A stretch of 52,496 nt of DNA from Candidatus Moraniibacteriota bacterium (GTDB taxonomy: Bacteria > Patescibacteriota > Minisyncoccia > Moranbacterales > UBA2206), in NCBI GenBank assembly GCA_030679995.1, contig JAUXSK010000019.1, positions 1 to 52,496 on the forward strand. Direction: 5' to 3'. This document shows positions 39,772-52,496 of this stretch, piece by piece. How positions within the stretch are numbered: the stretch's first letter is position 1; each line of letters starts with the position of its first letter. The position numbers and the translations under genes are program-made. Under the pieces are notes generated by a model. It was not told where the DNA came from, did not search any database, and saw only the letters and a program-made list of their open reading frames with translations.

Positions 39772-40275
39772 ATGTTTTTCAATAACAAACAATTTTACAA
39801 AGGCGTGACTTTTATGGAGTTATTGGTTGTCATCGCCATCATAGGCATTATGGGCAGCGTGGGCCTGGTGTCTTTGCAATCGTCCAAACTGGATGCGCGG
39901 CTTAAGGCGGCGCAGGGAGAATTGGTGGCGTCCATTAGGCTGGCGCAAAGCTATGCTTTGCAAGGAAAGACGCAGGACGGAGCAGCGCCGTGCGGCTATG
40001 GGTTCCGGTTCGCTTCACAAACCGACTACTCGATTTTTTACCGGACTCCCGATGCCGGAGGCTGCAATCCGGCTAGCCCGCGCCATAACGCGGAGAGTTT
40101 CGTTCTAAAGGACGGGGTTCAAATCGATCCGGCTGATGTCAATCAGGAAATCTATTTCACTGTTCCATTCGGCAATATATCCGGATCGGGCATCGGTGAT
40201 TTCGTCTTGACGCATCCGAACGCGGACAATAAGACGGTTACCGTGAATAACGTGGGAAATGTCGTTGAAAATTAA
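39772..40275 (+). CDS. Minor pilin, FimT/GspH-like
   Basis: GVTFMELLVVIAII; IRLAQSYA. Confidence 0.85.
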   Translation: MFFNNKQFYKGVTFMELLVVIAIIGIMGSVGLVSLQSSKLDARLKAAQGELVASIRLAQSYALQGKTQDGAAPCGYGFRFASQTDYSIFYRTPDAGGCNPASPRHNAESFVLKDGVQIDPADVNQEIYFTVPFGNISGSGIGDFVLTHPNADNKTVTVNNVGNVVEN

Positions 40276-40307
40276 TTCCGCTTTGCAAAGCGGAACTGAA
40301 TAAATAT

Positions 40308-40862
40308 ATGGAAAAAACAAATAAAAACGAAAAAACAACCCGGAAATATAAGGCTTTTTCCTTGATTGAGACTTTGTTCGCAATCCTCTTGATTACGACC
40401 GGCATATTGACCACGATGGGGCTGGTCGGCACCGGGATGGCGGTTTCGATAGACGCGCGCAACCAATTGATCGCAGTTGAATTGGCGCAGGAAGGCGTGG
40501 AATTGGCGCGCAATATCCGGGATAATAATTGGGAAAATAATGTCGGGACTTTCGACAGCATTACGGCTGGCGCCAATTGCCGGGTGGATAAGACCTATAA
40601 TTATCCGAATCCGATAGTTTGCAACGGGCAATATCGATTGTATCTCGACGGCAACGGTTTTTATACTCATAATTCCGCCGGGACGCCAACCCGTTTCTAT
40701 CGGAAGTTGGATATCGGCAACGGTACGGACAATAGGTCGGTCATAAGTATGGTGACTTGGGACAGTCGGGGAACATCGGCTCTTCCGAATGACGCGGCTG
40801 ATTGCGACACGGTCCATAAATGCGCCTATGCCGAAGTGGTATTGAGCCGGTGGGGAGAATAG
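40308..40862 (+). CDS. Minor pilin, PilV-like
   Basis: AFSLIETLFAI; LAQEGVELARNIRD. Confidence 0.85.
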   Translation: MEKTNKNEKTTRKYKAFSLIETLFAILLITTGILTTMGLVGTGMAVSIDARNQLIAVELAQEGVELARNIRDNNWENNVGTFDSITAGANCRVDKTYNYPNPIVCNGQYRLYLDGNGFYTHNSAGTPTRFYRKLDIGNGTDNRSVISMVTWDSRGTSALPNDAADCDTVHKCAYAEVVLSRWGE

Positions 40863-40901
40863 GCGGAATTTTTAAAAATTACAAAATTAATCCAAGAAAC
40901 T

Positions 40902-41495
40902 ATGTTTTCAAAAAACGGAAAAAATAAATACAAAGGTTTTTCGCTGATGGAAATGGTCGTGGCGATTTTCGTTTTTTCTTTGGTGATGACGACCGCCACG
41001 GCGGTTTTCATCAAGGTGGCCAGTGCGCGCAAGAAAGTCAAAACGATCCAGAAAGACGTGGAGGATGCGAGGTTCGCGATGGAGCAGATGGCCAAGACTT
41101 TGCGGACGAGCACGATAATGTACGTCAAACCGCTTGCAGGCGTCAGTCACTCACAGGATATACAAGTTTATGACAACTCGCAGGGAAGATGTGTCGAATA
41201 TAGGATTAGCAACCAAAAAATCCAATCCAGAACAGGCGCCTCCAGTGATTCGAATGATGATGGTAAGGTGGATAGTTGTTCTTTCGTGAATGTTCCATTT
41301 GGCGATATGGTAGGAGCGAATGTCGGCGACCTCAAGTTTGACGTGGTCAAATCGGATGGTTCTGCGAATAAAATCGGCAAAGTAACTATTTCCGCACAGA
41401 TTTGTTATGGCGGTTCAACCACATGCGCCGGATCAAGCGATATGGTCAGGATTCAAACGACCGTATCACTCAGGGATTATTGGGAAGTGAACTAA
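40902..41495 (+). CDS. Minor pilin, PilW/GspJ-like
   Basis: GFSLMEMVVAI; C-terminal IQTTVSLR. Confidence 0.85.
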   Translation: MFSKNGKNKYKGFSLMEMVVAIFVFSLVMTTATAVFIKVASARKKVKTIQKDVEDARFAMEQMAKTLRTSTIMYVKPLAGVSHSQDIQVYDNSQGRCVEYRISNQKIQSRTGASSDSNDDGKVDSCSFVNVPFGDMVGANVGDLKFDVVKSDGSANKIGKVTISAQICYGGSTTCAGSSDMVRIQTTVSLRDYWEVN

Positions 41496-41500
41496 TTGTG

Positions 41501-41582
41501 GAATTTTAAATTTCAAATTATAAATTTCAAAATCAATTTTAAATCTTATAATGTTTTAATCCATAATTGGCAACTAAAATTT
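41501..41582. repeat. Degenerate AT-rich heptamer element
   Basis: AATTTTAAATTTCAAATTATAAATTTCAAAATCAATTTTAAA in the intergenic gap. Confidence 0.55.
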
Positions 41583-42584
41583 ATGCGAACCAAAAACCAT
41601 CCCGCCTCCATCTTAGTTGTCACGATGATGATAATGGGCATCATCCTGGTCTCGGCCCTGAGTATCTCATTGGTTTCCATTCAGGAACGCAAAGCTTCGA
41701 TGGGCGCCAACAAATCCAACCAAGCTTACCAGATCGCCGATACCGGCATTGAGATGGTGATGGACGATATCGTCAGGGGGAATAAAGGCCAGGTCAGTGA
41801 TCTGACCGGCTGCCAATCAGATGGTTTGATTCACGGCACCGACTATACAGTCGAACTCAAAGACGCGGATGAAAACAAAATCGCCTGCAACTCCGCTACC
41901 GACATAGCCGAAGTGGTCCACATCAAATCCGTCGGTACCGCTTCCGGACAAGCCCAGAGATCGATCGAGGCAGCGGTGGCTGGTTGTGGCAACGATATTA
42001 TAAAAGATTCGATTACCTATGGCACGGTCCGTGGCGCTGACGGAAAATGTTGGCTGGACCGCAATTTGGGTGCTAGCCAGATAGCGACCACTTTTGATGA
42101 TACTGCGGCGTATGGTTGGCTCTTCCAGTGGGGCAGGGATGCTGATGGCCATCAAGAAATAAATAGCGGCACTGTTGCGGTGACGAGCGATTCTGATGAT
42201 CCTGGGATTGATAGCTTTATTTTGAATACGAGCGACTGGCGTGATCCGCAAAATGATGATTTATGGCAAGACTTAGAGGGCACCAATAATCCATGTCCGA
42301 GCGGTTTCCGTTTGCCGACTGAATCTGAGTGGGTTGCGCTGGTTGCGGCGGATAATATTACGGATTATACGACCGCCTTTGATTCTTCATTAAAATTGAC
42401 TGCGCCTGGCTTCCGCGATAGGGGTACCGGCGACATCCATGATCCTGACGAAGGAGGTTTTTATTGGTCGAGTACCGTATTCGGTGTTGATACTGAATTT
42501 CTCGAGTTCAAATCCAACTATGCCAATACGGGTGTCCGTGAAAAGCGTGCCAACGGTCTCTCCGTGCGTTGCATTAAAGATTGA
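41583..42584 (+). CDS. PilX-like minor pilin with a C-terminal FISUMP (Fib_succ_major)-type domain
   Basis: ASIL…AYQIADTGIE; WLDRNLGA, YGWLFQWGR, NPCPSGFRLPT, YWSST, GLSVRCIKD; ATG at 41583. Confidence 0.85.
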   Translation: MRTKNHPASILVVTMMIMGIILVSALSISLVSIQERKASMGANKSNQAYQIADTGIEMVMDDIVRGNKGQVSDLTGCQSDGLIHGTDYTVELKDADENKIACNSATDIAEVVHIKSVGTASGQAQRSIEAAVAGCGNDIIKDSITYGTVRGADGKCWLDRNLGASQIATTFDDTAAYGWLFQWGRDADGHQEINSGTVAVTSDSDDPGIDSFILNTSDWRDPQNDDLWQDLEGTNNPCPSGFRLPTESEWVALVAADNITDYTTAFDSSLKLTAPGFRDRGTGDIHDPDEGGFYWSSTVFGVDTEFLEFKSNYANTGVREKRANGLSVRCIKD

Positions 42585-42667
42585 TTTTTGGAACAATCCG
42601 GTTGATTCGATAAATTAGGGCTTAGCGGCTCTACTTGTCCAGCCAGGGATTTTTGTCGTGGATCGTG

Positions 42668-42676
42668 TGGTATAAT
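42668..42676 (+). promoter_or_regulatory. Extended -10 promoter of ligA, probably leaderless
   Basis: TGGTATAAT 6 nt before the ATG. Confidence 0.65.
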
Positions 42677-42679
42677 TGA

Positions 42680-44875
<2,196 letters not shown>

Positions 44876-44883
44876 AGCCGATG

Positions 44884-44969
44884 CGAAACTACAAAATTTA
44901 CACGAATCTACGAACGGTAAGAAATAGTTCAGAAGTTGTTCGTAGATTCGCACTATATTCGTAGATTCG
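44884..44969. repeat. TACGAA/TTCGTA-type multi-arm palindrome between ligA and gatC
   Basis: CGAATCTACGAAC (44903-44915) inverts GTTCGTAGATTCG (44938-44950); second TTCGTAGATTCG at 44958-44969. Confidence 0.75.
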
Positions 44970-44984
44970 AATCGGATCAAACAT

Positions 44985-45266
44985 ATGATAACCAAGGAAG
45001 AAGTCCAACACATCGCAGGTCTGGCTCGCATCGGGGTGGATGAAAAAGATTTGGATAAGTTCGCGGCTGATTTGTCGGCTGTTTTGGATTGGATAGAAGA
45101 ATTGAAGGAAGTGGAGGTGGAGGGTGTCGAACCGACCGCGCATATCACGGGGATGGAAAATCGGATGCGGGAAGACGCGCAAATCGATTTTGAAAACAAG
45201 AATGCGATAGTGGATTTGTTCCCGGAGAAGAAGGATAATTACGGAAAAGTTAAAAGTGTACTATAA
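44985..45266 (+). CDS. gatC: Asp/Glu-tRNA amidotransferase subunit C
   Basis: ITKEEVQHIAGLARI, VEPTAH, MRED; upstream of gatA. Confidence 0.95.
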   Translation: MITKEEVQHIAGLARIGVDEKDLDKFAADLSAVLDWIEELKEVEVEGVEPTAHITGMENRMREDAQIDFENKNAIVDLFPEKKDNYGKVKSVL

Positions 45267-45272
45267 AAAATA

Positions 45273-45398
45273 TAAAATCCAAAATCTCAAATTCCAAATA
45301 AATTACAATGACCAAAATCTAAAATTTAAAAACATTTTGAATTTTGAAAATTGCAATTTTGAATTTATTTGGAGCTTGTAATTTTGAATTTGTAATTT
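45273..45398. repeat. Full copy of the AT-rich palindromic element
   Basis: A-rich left arm and T-rich right arm; ends 1 nt before the gatA ATG. Confidence 0.88.
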
Positions 45399-45399
45399 A

Positions 45400-46851
45400 A
45401 TGATAAAAGATCTTCACAATAAATTAATAAACAAAGAAATCACCGCTGTCGCTTTGGCGGAGGAATATTTCGCGGCGATCGAAAAGAACGATAAGGATAT
45501 TTTCGCCTATCTGACCTTGACTAGGGATTTGGCTTTGGAACAGGCCAGGATGGTGGATGGAAAAATCGCGCGCGGGGAGGAAATCGGGATATTGGAAGGC
45601 ATTCCGGGCGTGGTCAAGGATAATCTATGCGTGGCAGGCGTGCGGACGACGGCGGCTTCGAAGATTCTGGACAACTATATCGCGCCGTATGATGCGACAG
45701 CGGTCGCCAGATTGAAAGAGGCGGGTGCGGTAATCCTAGGCAAGGCCAATATGGATGAATTCGCGATGGGATCTTCGACTGAACATAGCGCCTATGGTCC
45801 GACCAAAAATCCGGTTGATTTGGGGCGGGTTCCGGGCGGATCTTCCGGCGGTTCCGCGGCGGCGGTAGCGGCAGGCGAGGCTGTGTGGGCTCTTGGAACG
45901 GATACAGGCGGCTCGATCCGCCAGCCAGCGTCATTTTGCGGGGTAGTGGGTTTGAAACCGACCTATGGACGGGTTTCACGCTATGGCGCGATCGCGATGG
46001 CTTCTAGTCTGGACCAAATCGGTCCGATCACTAAGACCGTGGAGGACGCGGCGATCGTTTTAAGCGTGATTTCCGGTGAAGACAAAATGGATTCGACCAG
46101 CGCGCAAAGTCCGGCCAAAGATTATACTAAATTTCTGACCGGTTCGGTGGCGGGGATGAAAATCGGCGTCGTGAAAGGATACGCGGACAGTCTTGGGGAG
46201 GAGGCTAAAGCTTCCTTCGAAAAAGTCGTGGAGAAATATAAAGAATTGGGAGCGGAAATCCAAGAAATCGAATTGCCGAATGTGAAATATTCTTTGCCGG
46301 TTTACTATATCATTATGCCTTGCGAGGTGAGTTCCAATCTGGCTAGGTTCGACGGCGTCAAATATGGGATGCGGGCGGTTGATCATAAAAATACAGTTTT
46401 GGATTTCGAGCCGGAAAACCGGACATTGATTGAGACTTATCTTGATTCCAGACGATACGGTCTGGGTGCGGAAACGAAAAGGCGGATAATGCTCGGTACC
46501 TACGCGCTTTCCTCCGGTTATTATGACGCCTATTATTTGCGCGCGCAGAAAGTGCGGACGCTGATCAAAAGGGATTTTGAGAAGGCTTTTGAAGAGGTCG
46601 ATCTTATTTTGACGCCGACCACGCCGAGTCCAGCTTTCAAATTCGGAGAGAAATCGGCCGATCCGATCGAGATGTATTTGGAAGACGTTTTCACGATTAC
46701 CGCGAACATCGTCGGGGTGCCGGCCATCAGCGTGCCTGGTCCTCTCGTGGAGGTTGATGGCAAGCTGTTGCCGCAAGGTTTCCAATTGTCCGCGAAGTGG
46801 TTCGATGAGGAAAATCTGTTGCGGGCTGCGCATACCTATGAAATAAATTGA
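45400..46851 (+). CDS. gatA: Asp/Glu-tRNA amidotransferase subunit A
   Basis: NMDEFAMGSS, PGGSSGGSAAAV, GTDTGGSIRQPA, RIMLGTYALSSGYYDAYY. Confidence 0.97.
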   Translation: MIKDLHNKLINKEITAVALAEEYFAAIEKNDKDIFAYLTLTRDLALEQARMVDGKIARGEEIGILEGIPGVVKDNLCVAGVRTTAASKILDNYIAPYDATAVARLKEAGAVILGKANMDEFAMGSSTEHSAYGPTKNPVDLGRVPGGSSGGSAAAVAAGEAVWALGTDTGGSIRQPASFCGVVGLKPTYGRVSRYGAIAMASSLDQIGPITKTVEDAAIVLSVISGEDKMDSTSAQSPAKDYTKFLTGSVAGMKIGVVKGYADSLGEEAKASFEKVVEKYKELGAEIQEIELPNVKYSLPVYYIIMPCEVSSNLARFDGVKYGMRAVDHKNTVLDFEPENRTLIETYLDSRRYGLGAETKRRIMLGTYALSSGYYDAYYLRAQKVRTLIKRDFEKAFEEVDLILTPTTPSPAFKFGEKSADPIEMYLEDVFTITANIVGVPAISVPGPLVEVDGKLLPQGFQLSAKWFDEENLLRAAHTYEIN

Positions 46852-46906
46852 TTAAACCAGTCCGGCCGGACAGTCCGTTTGAGGCGGATCCGGGGGATAA
46901 ATAAAA

Positions 46907-47440
46907 ATGGATTTACAATCAATCATCATATTGTTGTATAACGACATAATCCGGTTCTATCATTCGAACTTGTTTTTGGTGCTAAAAGTCCTGCTGGGAA
47001 TTTATACCTTAGTCTTGTTTGTTGATATCGTCCTGCTTTTGGTCCAGAGAGGCATCCGCGGCAATATGCGGGAAATGTTCACGGGTATGGATGTGCCGGT
47101 GGAAATTACCAGCAAAAAGAAAAAAATGAAAGAAAAATGGGGAAAAATCAGGCAGCGGTTGGATAGTCCGAATGAAACGGAATATAAAGTGGCGATTATC
47201 GAGGCGGATGATATCATCGATGCCTTGGTAGCCGGCTTGGGTTATGCGGGAAAAAATTTCAGCGAACGCCTGGATAATATTCCGGACACGCAAATCGCCA
47301 ATATCGAAGGTATGCGGCAAGCCCACGAGGTGCGGAACAGGATCATTCACGATGATAAATTCACGCTCAGCCGGGAAGACGCGGACATCGCCCTGGGCCA
47401 ATATGAAGAACTTCTGAGACATTTCCAAGTGATAGATTGA
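46907..47440 (+). CDS. Hypothetical membrane-anchored helical protein
   Basis: N-terminal TM; KVAIIEAD…AHEVRNRIIHD. Confidence 0.8.
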   Translation: MDLQSIIILLYNDIIRFYHSNLFLVLKVLLGIYTLVLFVDIVLLLVQRGIRGNMREMFTGMDVPVEITSKKKKMKEKWGKIRQRLDSPNETEYKVAIIEADDIIDALVAGLGYAGKNFSERLDNIPDTQIANIEGMRQAHEVRNRIIHDDKFTLSREDADIALGQYEELLRHFQVID

Positions 47441-47465
47441 CATTTGGGAGCTGTTTGATTATAAT
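47437..47465 (+). promoter_or_regulatory. Consensus sigma70 promoter of the tRNA operon
   Basis: TTGACA-17 nt-TATAAT. Confidence 0.85.
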
Positions 47466-47548
47466 GACAAATAGTTTATGAATCGCTATAAGGCAGACAA
47501 TGGGTTATATTGGAAGTCAGGATGTGGTAAGGAGCGATTGAAAATTAT

Positions 47549-47620
47549 AGCGGGGTGGAGCAATGGCAGCTCGCGTGGCTCATAACCATGAGGTTGCAGG
47601 TTCGAATCCTGCCCCCGCAA
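47549..47620 (+). tRNA. Initiator tRNA-fMet(CAU)
   Basis: AGCGGGGTGGAGCA start, unpaired 1:72 (A:A), CGTGG-CTCATAA-CCATG. Confidence 0.9.
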
Positions 47621-47630
47621 CAAGACGGAT

Positions 47631-47694
47631 TAAATATTAAAAATAAAATATCAAATATTTTTTTGATTTTTAATTTTTGATATCTGATATGAAT
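47631..47694. repeat. AT-rich palindromic spacer between tRNAs
   Basis: A-rich then T-rich arms (AATATCAAA … TTTGATAT). Confidence 0.5.
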
Positions 47695-47695
47695 T

Positions 47696-47769
47696 GGCAG
47701 GGTAGCTCAGTTGGTTAGAGCACAGCACTCATAACGCTGAGGTCATGGGTTCGAATCTCATCCCTGCTA
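47696..47769 (+). tRNA. tRNA with CAU anticodon, likely elongator Met (Ile2 not excluded)
   Basis: GGCAGGGTAGCTCAGTTGGTTAGAGC, CAGCA-CTCATAA-CGCTG. Confidence 0.88.
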
Positions 47770-47908
47770 CAAAGCATATCAAAGGTCAAAATTTTTTGGA
47801 TGAATTGGAGGAATATTCAAAAATATTTGGGAAGAGTATCATAACATTGAAAAATAAAAATTAGCTTAGAATATTTGATGTTTTATTTTTAATATTTAAT
47901 ATGATTAC

Positions 47909-47982
47909 GGGGGCGTAGCTCAGTTGGTTAGAGCGACTGCCTGTCACGCAGTAGGTCACCGGTCCGAGTCCGGCCGTCCCCG
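47909..47982 (+). tRNA. tRNA-Asp(GUC)
   Basis: CTGC-CTGTCAC-GCAG, discriminator G, T-loop TCCGAGT. Confidence 0.93.
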
Positions 47983-48135
47983 CACAACGCTTTTAGCAGG
48001 CAATCCAATGCCTGCTTTTGCTTTTTTTATGGTGCATATTTACAAGGCGGATTATCTGTGCTAGGATGGAACATCGTAAGAACCTTTACGATATGGGTGG
48101 TATTTTTAATAATTTTTAGAAAAAAGGAGTTGCCA

Positions 48136-48444
48136 ATGGGGGAGAGCTTGGAAGATAATCCGCTTGATTGTCCCGTGCCTCTGGAAGATGTCGCAAAGGT
48201 GTGGAATGGCGCATCTTTGGAAAAAAAGAGGCATTTTTTGAGAACGATTTTAGAAACATTCTCAAACGCCAGGGTTGCGGATGATGGCCAGCGAATCGGG
48301 CTGGTTGAATTCAACCGCTTAGTCGAGGAAAAATTTTGTAAAATGCCCCAGAATATTCGGGGCTATGTCGTTTTAGCCTTCGACTCAGAAAGGAGAATTT
48401 TCAATTGCGGCCAAGCTAAAAAGGTGGCCGGAATCAGTGTTTGA
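48136..48444 (+). CDS. Hypothetical protein
   Basis: AAGGAG SD before ATG 48136; terminator follows. Confidence 0.6.
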   Translation: MGESLEDNPLDCPVPLEDVAKVWNGASLEKKRHFLRTILETFSNARVADDGQRIGLVEFNRLVEEKFCKMPQNIRGYVVLAFDSERRIFNCGQAKKVAGISV

Positions 48445-48458
48445 TACTATGCGCTAGC

Positions 48459-48501
48459 GAGGCCTTTGGGATGTGTCTATCCCGAGGGTCTCCTTTTTTT
48501 T
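48459..48501 (+). terminator. Intrinsic terminator
   Basis: GAGGCCTTTGGGAT…ATCCCGAGGGTCTC followed by a T run. Confidence 0.7.
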
Positions 48502-48603
48502 GCCTTATCTGAGCCTTTGCCAAAATATCCAGAATCAGCTATACTATGATTGTGGGATAAGGAAAAGCGGGACACTGCGTTCCTGTTGCTTATTTCGGCC
48601 TAA

Positions 48604-48763
48604 AAGCCTGTTCAAAATCTCCGTTTTCTGCTGCAAATTCCAAATTTCGGCTGCAAAACTTTCAGATTTCGTCAGGTTATCCCAGGATAGCCCTCCTCAA
48701 TCTTCAAGTTTTTCGCTCGAAATTTGAAATTTTCGCGACGAAAGAGAGATTCTGAACAGGCTC
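48604..48763. mobile_element. 160 bp MITE
   Basis: 18 bp terminal inverted repeats (16/18); TAA on both flanks (48601-48603 and 48764-48766); internally palindromic; no transposase. Confidence 0.8.
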
Positions 48764-48778
48764 TAAAATAAAAAAACA

Positions 48779-49150
48779 ATGACATTCCGAGATTACATCT
48801 GGGGAATATGGTTGGTAACCCTCTTGTCGCTGGTAGCTTTTGTTTTCGTAGTCAGGTTCGTCGATCCAGACTCAACGGGCATCGCCGGCAAGCTTCTTTT
48901 TTATCTGAGCTTGTTTTTTGTCGGCAGCGGGATTTTCAATCTGGTTTTGTTGCGGTTGCGCAAAGGAACATTGAATGCGGAAACCGCCTCTTCCAATATC
49001 GGCCTGAGCTTTCGCCAGGGGATGCTGCTCGCGCTTTTTATGATCGGACTGCTGGTCCTGCAAAGTTTCCGCGTATTGGTCTGGTGGGATGGCTTATTAT
49101 TGTTCGGGGGGATATTTCTCATAGAGCTGTATTTCGTATCAAAAGAATAA
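48779..49150 (+). CDS. Hypothetical 4-TM membrane protein
   Basis: Four hydrophobic helices, DP motif, SFRQG. Confidence 0.8.
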   Translation: MTFRDYIWGIWLVTLLSLVAFVFVVRFVDPDSTGIAGKLLFYLSLFFVGSGIFNLVLLRLRKGTLNAETASSNIGLSFRQGMLLALFMIGLLVLQSFRVLVWWDGLLLFGGIFLIELYFVSKE

Positions 49151-49181
49151 GAAATTTAAATAATCATAAACTTATTAAATC

Positions 49182-51464
<2,283 letters not shown>

Positions 51465-51466
51465 GG

Positions 51467-51505
51467 AAAATAAAGACGCGCCCGCGAGGCGCGTCTTTAT
51501 TTTTT
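51467..51505 (+). terminator. Terminator after gyrB
   Basis: AAAATAAAGACGCGCC-cgcga-GGCGCGTCTTTATTTT. Confidence 0.88.
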
Positions 51506-51518
51506 CTAGGATATCATA

Positions 51519-51547
51519 TTGTCCACGTATGGTTTAGGTGGTATAAT
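51519..51547 (+). promoter_or_regulatory. Promoter, probably leaderless
   Basis: TTGTCC-17 nt-TATAAT with TG extension, 6 nt before ATG 51554. Confidence 0.7.
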
Positions 51548-51553
51548 CAAGCT

Positions 51554-52285
51554 ATGAAAAAAATAAAAAACAAAAGGATATTTATTCTGATATTTTTTCT
51601 ATTGATACCGGTTTTCACGCGGGCGATGAGCAGTAATAATTATTCCATTGATTCTGACGTAATCGGATCTTTCGGCAGTCAAAGTTCATCGGATAATTTT
51701 TCCCTAGGCGATACGGGCGGCGAAGTGGGTACGGGCGGATCGGCTAGCACGACGTACGAAGTTTTGGCCGGTTTCTGGTCGAGCCTATCGGGCGGAACCA
51801 TTTCGATGGCTTGCCCGGATAGCGTGACGATGGGTCCGATCATAGGCGTCGGCCAATCCGATCTTTCGACTAACAGTATGACTTGCAATATAAAAACCGA
51901 TAGCGTGACCGGATATAAATTGGACTGGTTGGCCGGAAGCGCTACGATGAACAGCGGGTCGGATACGATCGCCGCCTATTCCCCATCCGTGGCGGATACA
52001 CCGGAAATTTGGTCGGTCGATGCCGCCAGTTCCGAATGGGGAGCGCATTTGGGCGCGGGCAGCACGACAGTTGATACGGATATGTGGGGCGCCGCCGATA
52101 CATATGCCGGCGGAAAATGGTTGGATATCGGCACGAGTCCGTTTATGGTCATCGATAGACATAGCGCCACTGATCCAACTGGAGATGAAGAAATAATCTT
52201 TTTCGGTTCTGAAATCGGCTCTAACAAATTCCAACCCTCCGGTTCATATTCAGTCAATGTGACGATGACGGCCACGATATTGTAG
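51554..52285 (+). CDS. Secreted Ser/Thr/Gly-rich beta-sandwich surface protein
   Basis: Signal peptide; MSSNNYSIDSD; C-terminal GSYSVNVTMTAT strand. Confidence 0.85.
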   Translation: MKKIKNKRIFILIFFLLIPVFTRAMSSNNYSIDSDVIGSFGSQSSSDNFSLGDTGGEVGTGGSASTTYEVLAGFWSSLSGGTISMACPDSVTMGPIIGVGQSDLSTNSMTCNIKTDSVTGYKLDWLAGSATMNSGSDTIAAYSPSVADTPEIWSVDAASSEWGAHLGAGSTTVDTDMWGAADTYAGGKWLDIGTSPFMVIDRHSATDPTGDEEIIFFGSEIGSNKFQPSGSYSVNVTMTATIL

Positions 52286-52286
52286 C

Positions 52287-52328
52287 TGTGGATAACTTCT
52301 TCCCGGATGGATTTTTTTGTGCTATAAT
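52287..52328 (+). promoter_or_regulatory. DnaA-box motif and extended -10 for the next transcription unit
   Basis: TGTGGATAA (52287-52295), then TGCTATAAT (52320-52328). Confidence 0.55.
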
Positions 52329-52496
52329 ATAATCATAGGATTGAAGATCGTCCGAATCTAAAAAAACCAAAACAAAACTCCGGGTGAAAAAAACGATCAA
52401 AAAAACAATTTCCCAATTGGCAGTTTCTTCAAACCGAAGGAGCGGATTTCTATCCGGTTCTTTTTTAATTTCCCCAATCAAAAATCTCATCCGAAA

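Noticed and set aside
41496-41582. N-terminal extension MWNFKFQIINFK… of the PilX-like ORF
   Set aside because: It is read-through of an AT-rich repeat; ATG 41583 gives a normal prepilin-like start.
44985-46851. gatC-gatA without an adjacent gatB
   Set aside because: A separate gatB location is common and says nothing without the rest of the genome.
52384-52496. Possible CDS start (GTG AAA AAA ACG…) running off the right edge
   Set aside because: Only about 37 codons are visible and there is no motif to support a call.

Overview
Chromosomal segment of a bacterium that looks like Patescibacteria/CPR (Parcubacteria-like). This is inferred from gene content, the type IV pilus set lacking a secretin, and few Shine-Dalgarno sites. 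The window holds two type IV pilus clusters (205-10818 and 29518-42584), 11 tRNA genes, and housekeeping or stress genes (tsaD, recG, mpg, clpC, comF, ligA, gatCA, gyrB, an ECF sigma factor, Hsp20, VanW, a GT2 glycosyltransferase). The most striking signal is a layer of small non-coding selfish elements. (1) An AT-rich, roughly heptamer-built palindromic element of about 125 bp sits between genes and also lies in frame inside essential genes: three times in ligA (two copies share an identical 50 bp) and once in recG. (2) Elements at tRNA 3' ends each carry an inverted and a direct copy of their own host tRNA's 3' end; two share a core of about 120 bp at different tRNAs. (3) A 160 bp MITE is flanked by a TAA target duplication. 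(4) Short GC palindromes occur, one nested inside element (1). No transposase, integrase or reverse transcriptase is encoded in the window. Other observations are an A9-tract frameshift in a secreted-protein gene, Arg tRNAs with GCG and UCG anticodons instead of ACG, probable leaderless transcripts, and DnaA-box motifs at pilus promoters. All calls come from reading the sequence by eye; no database searches were run.
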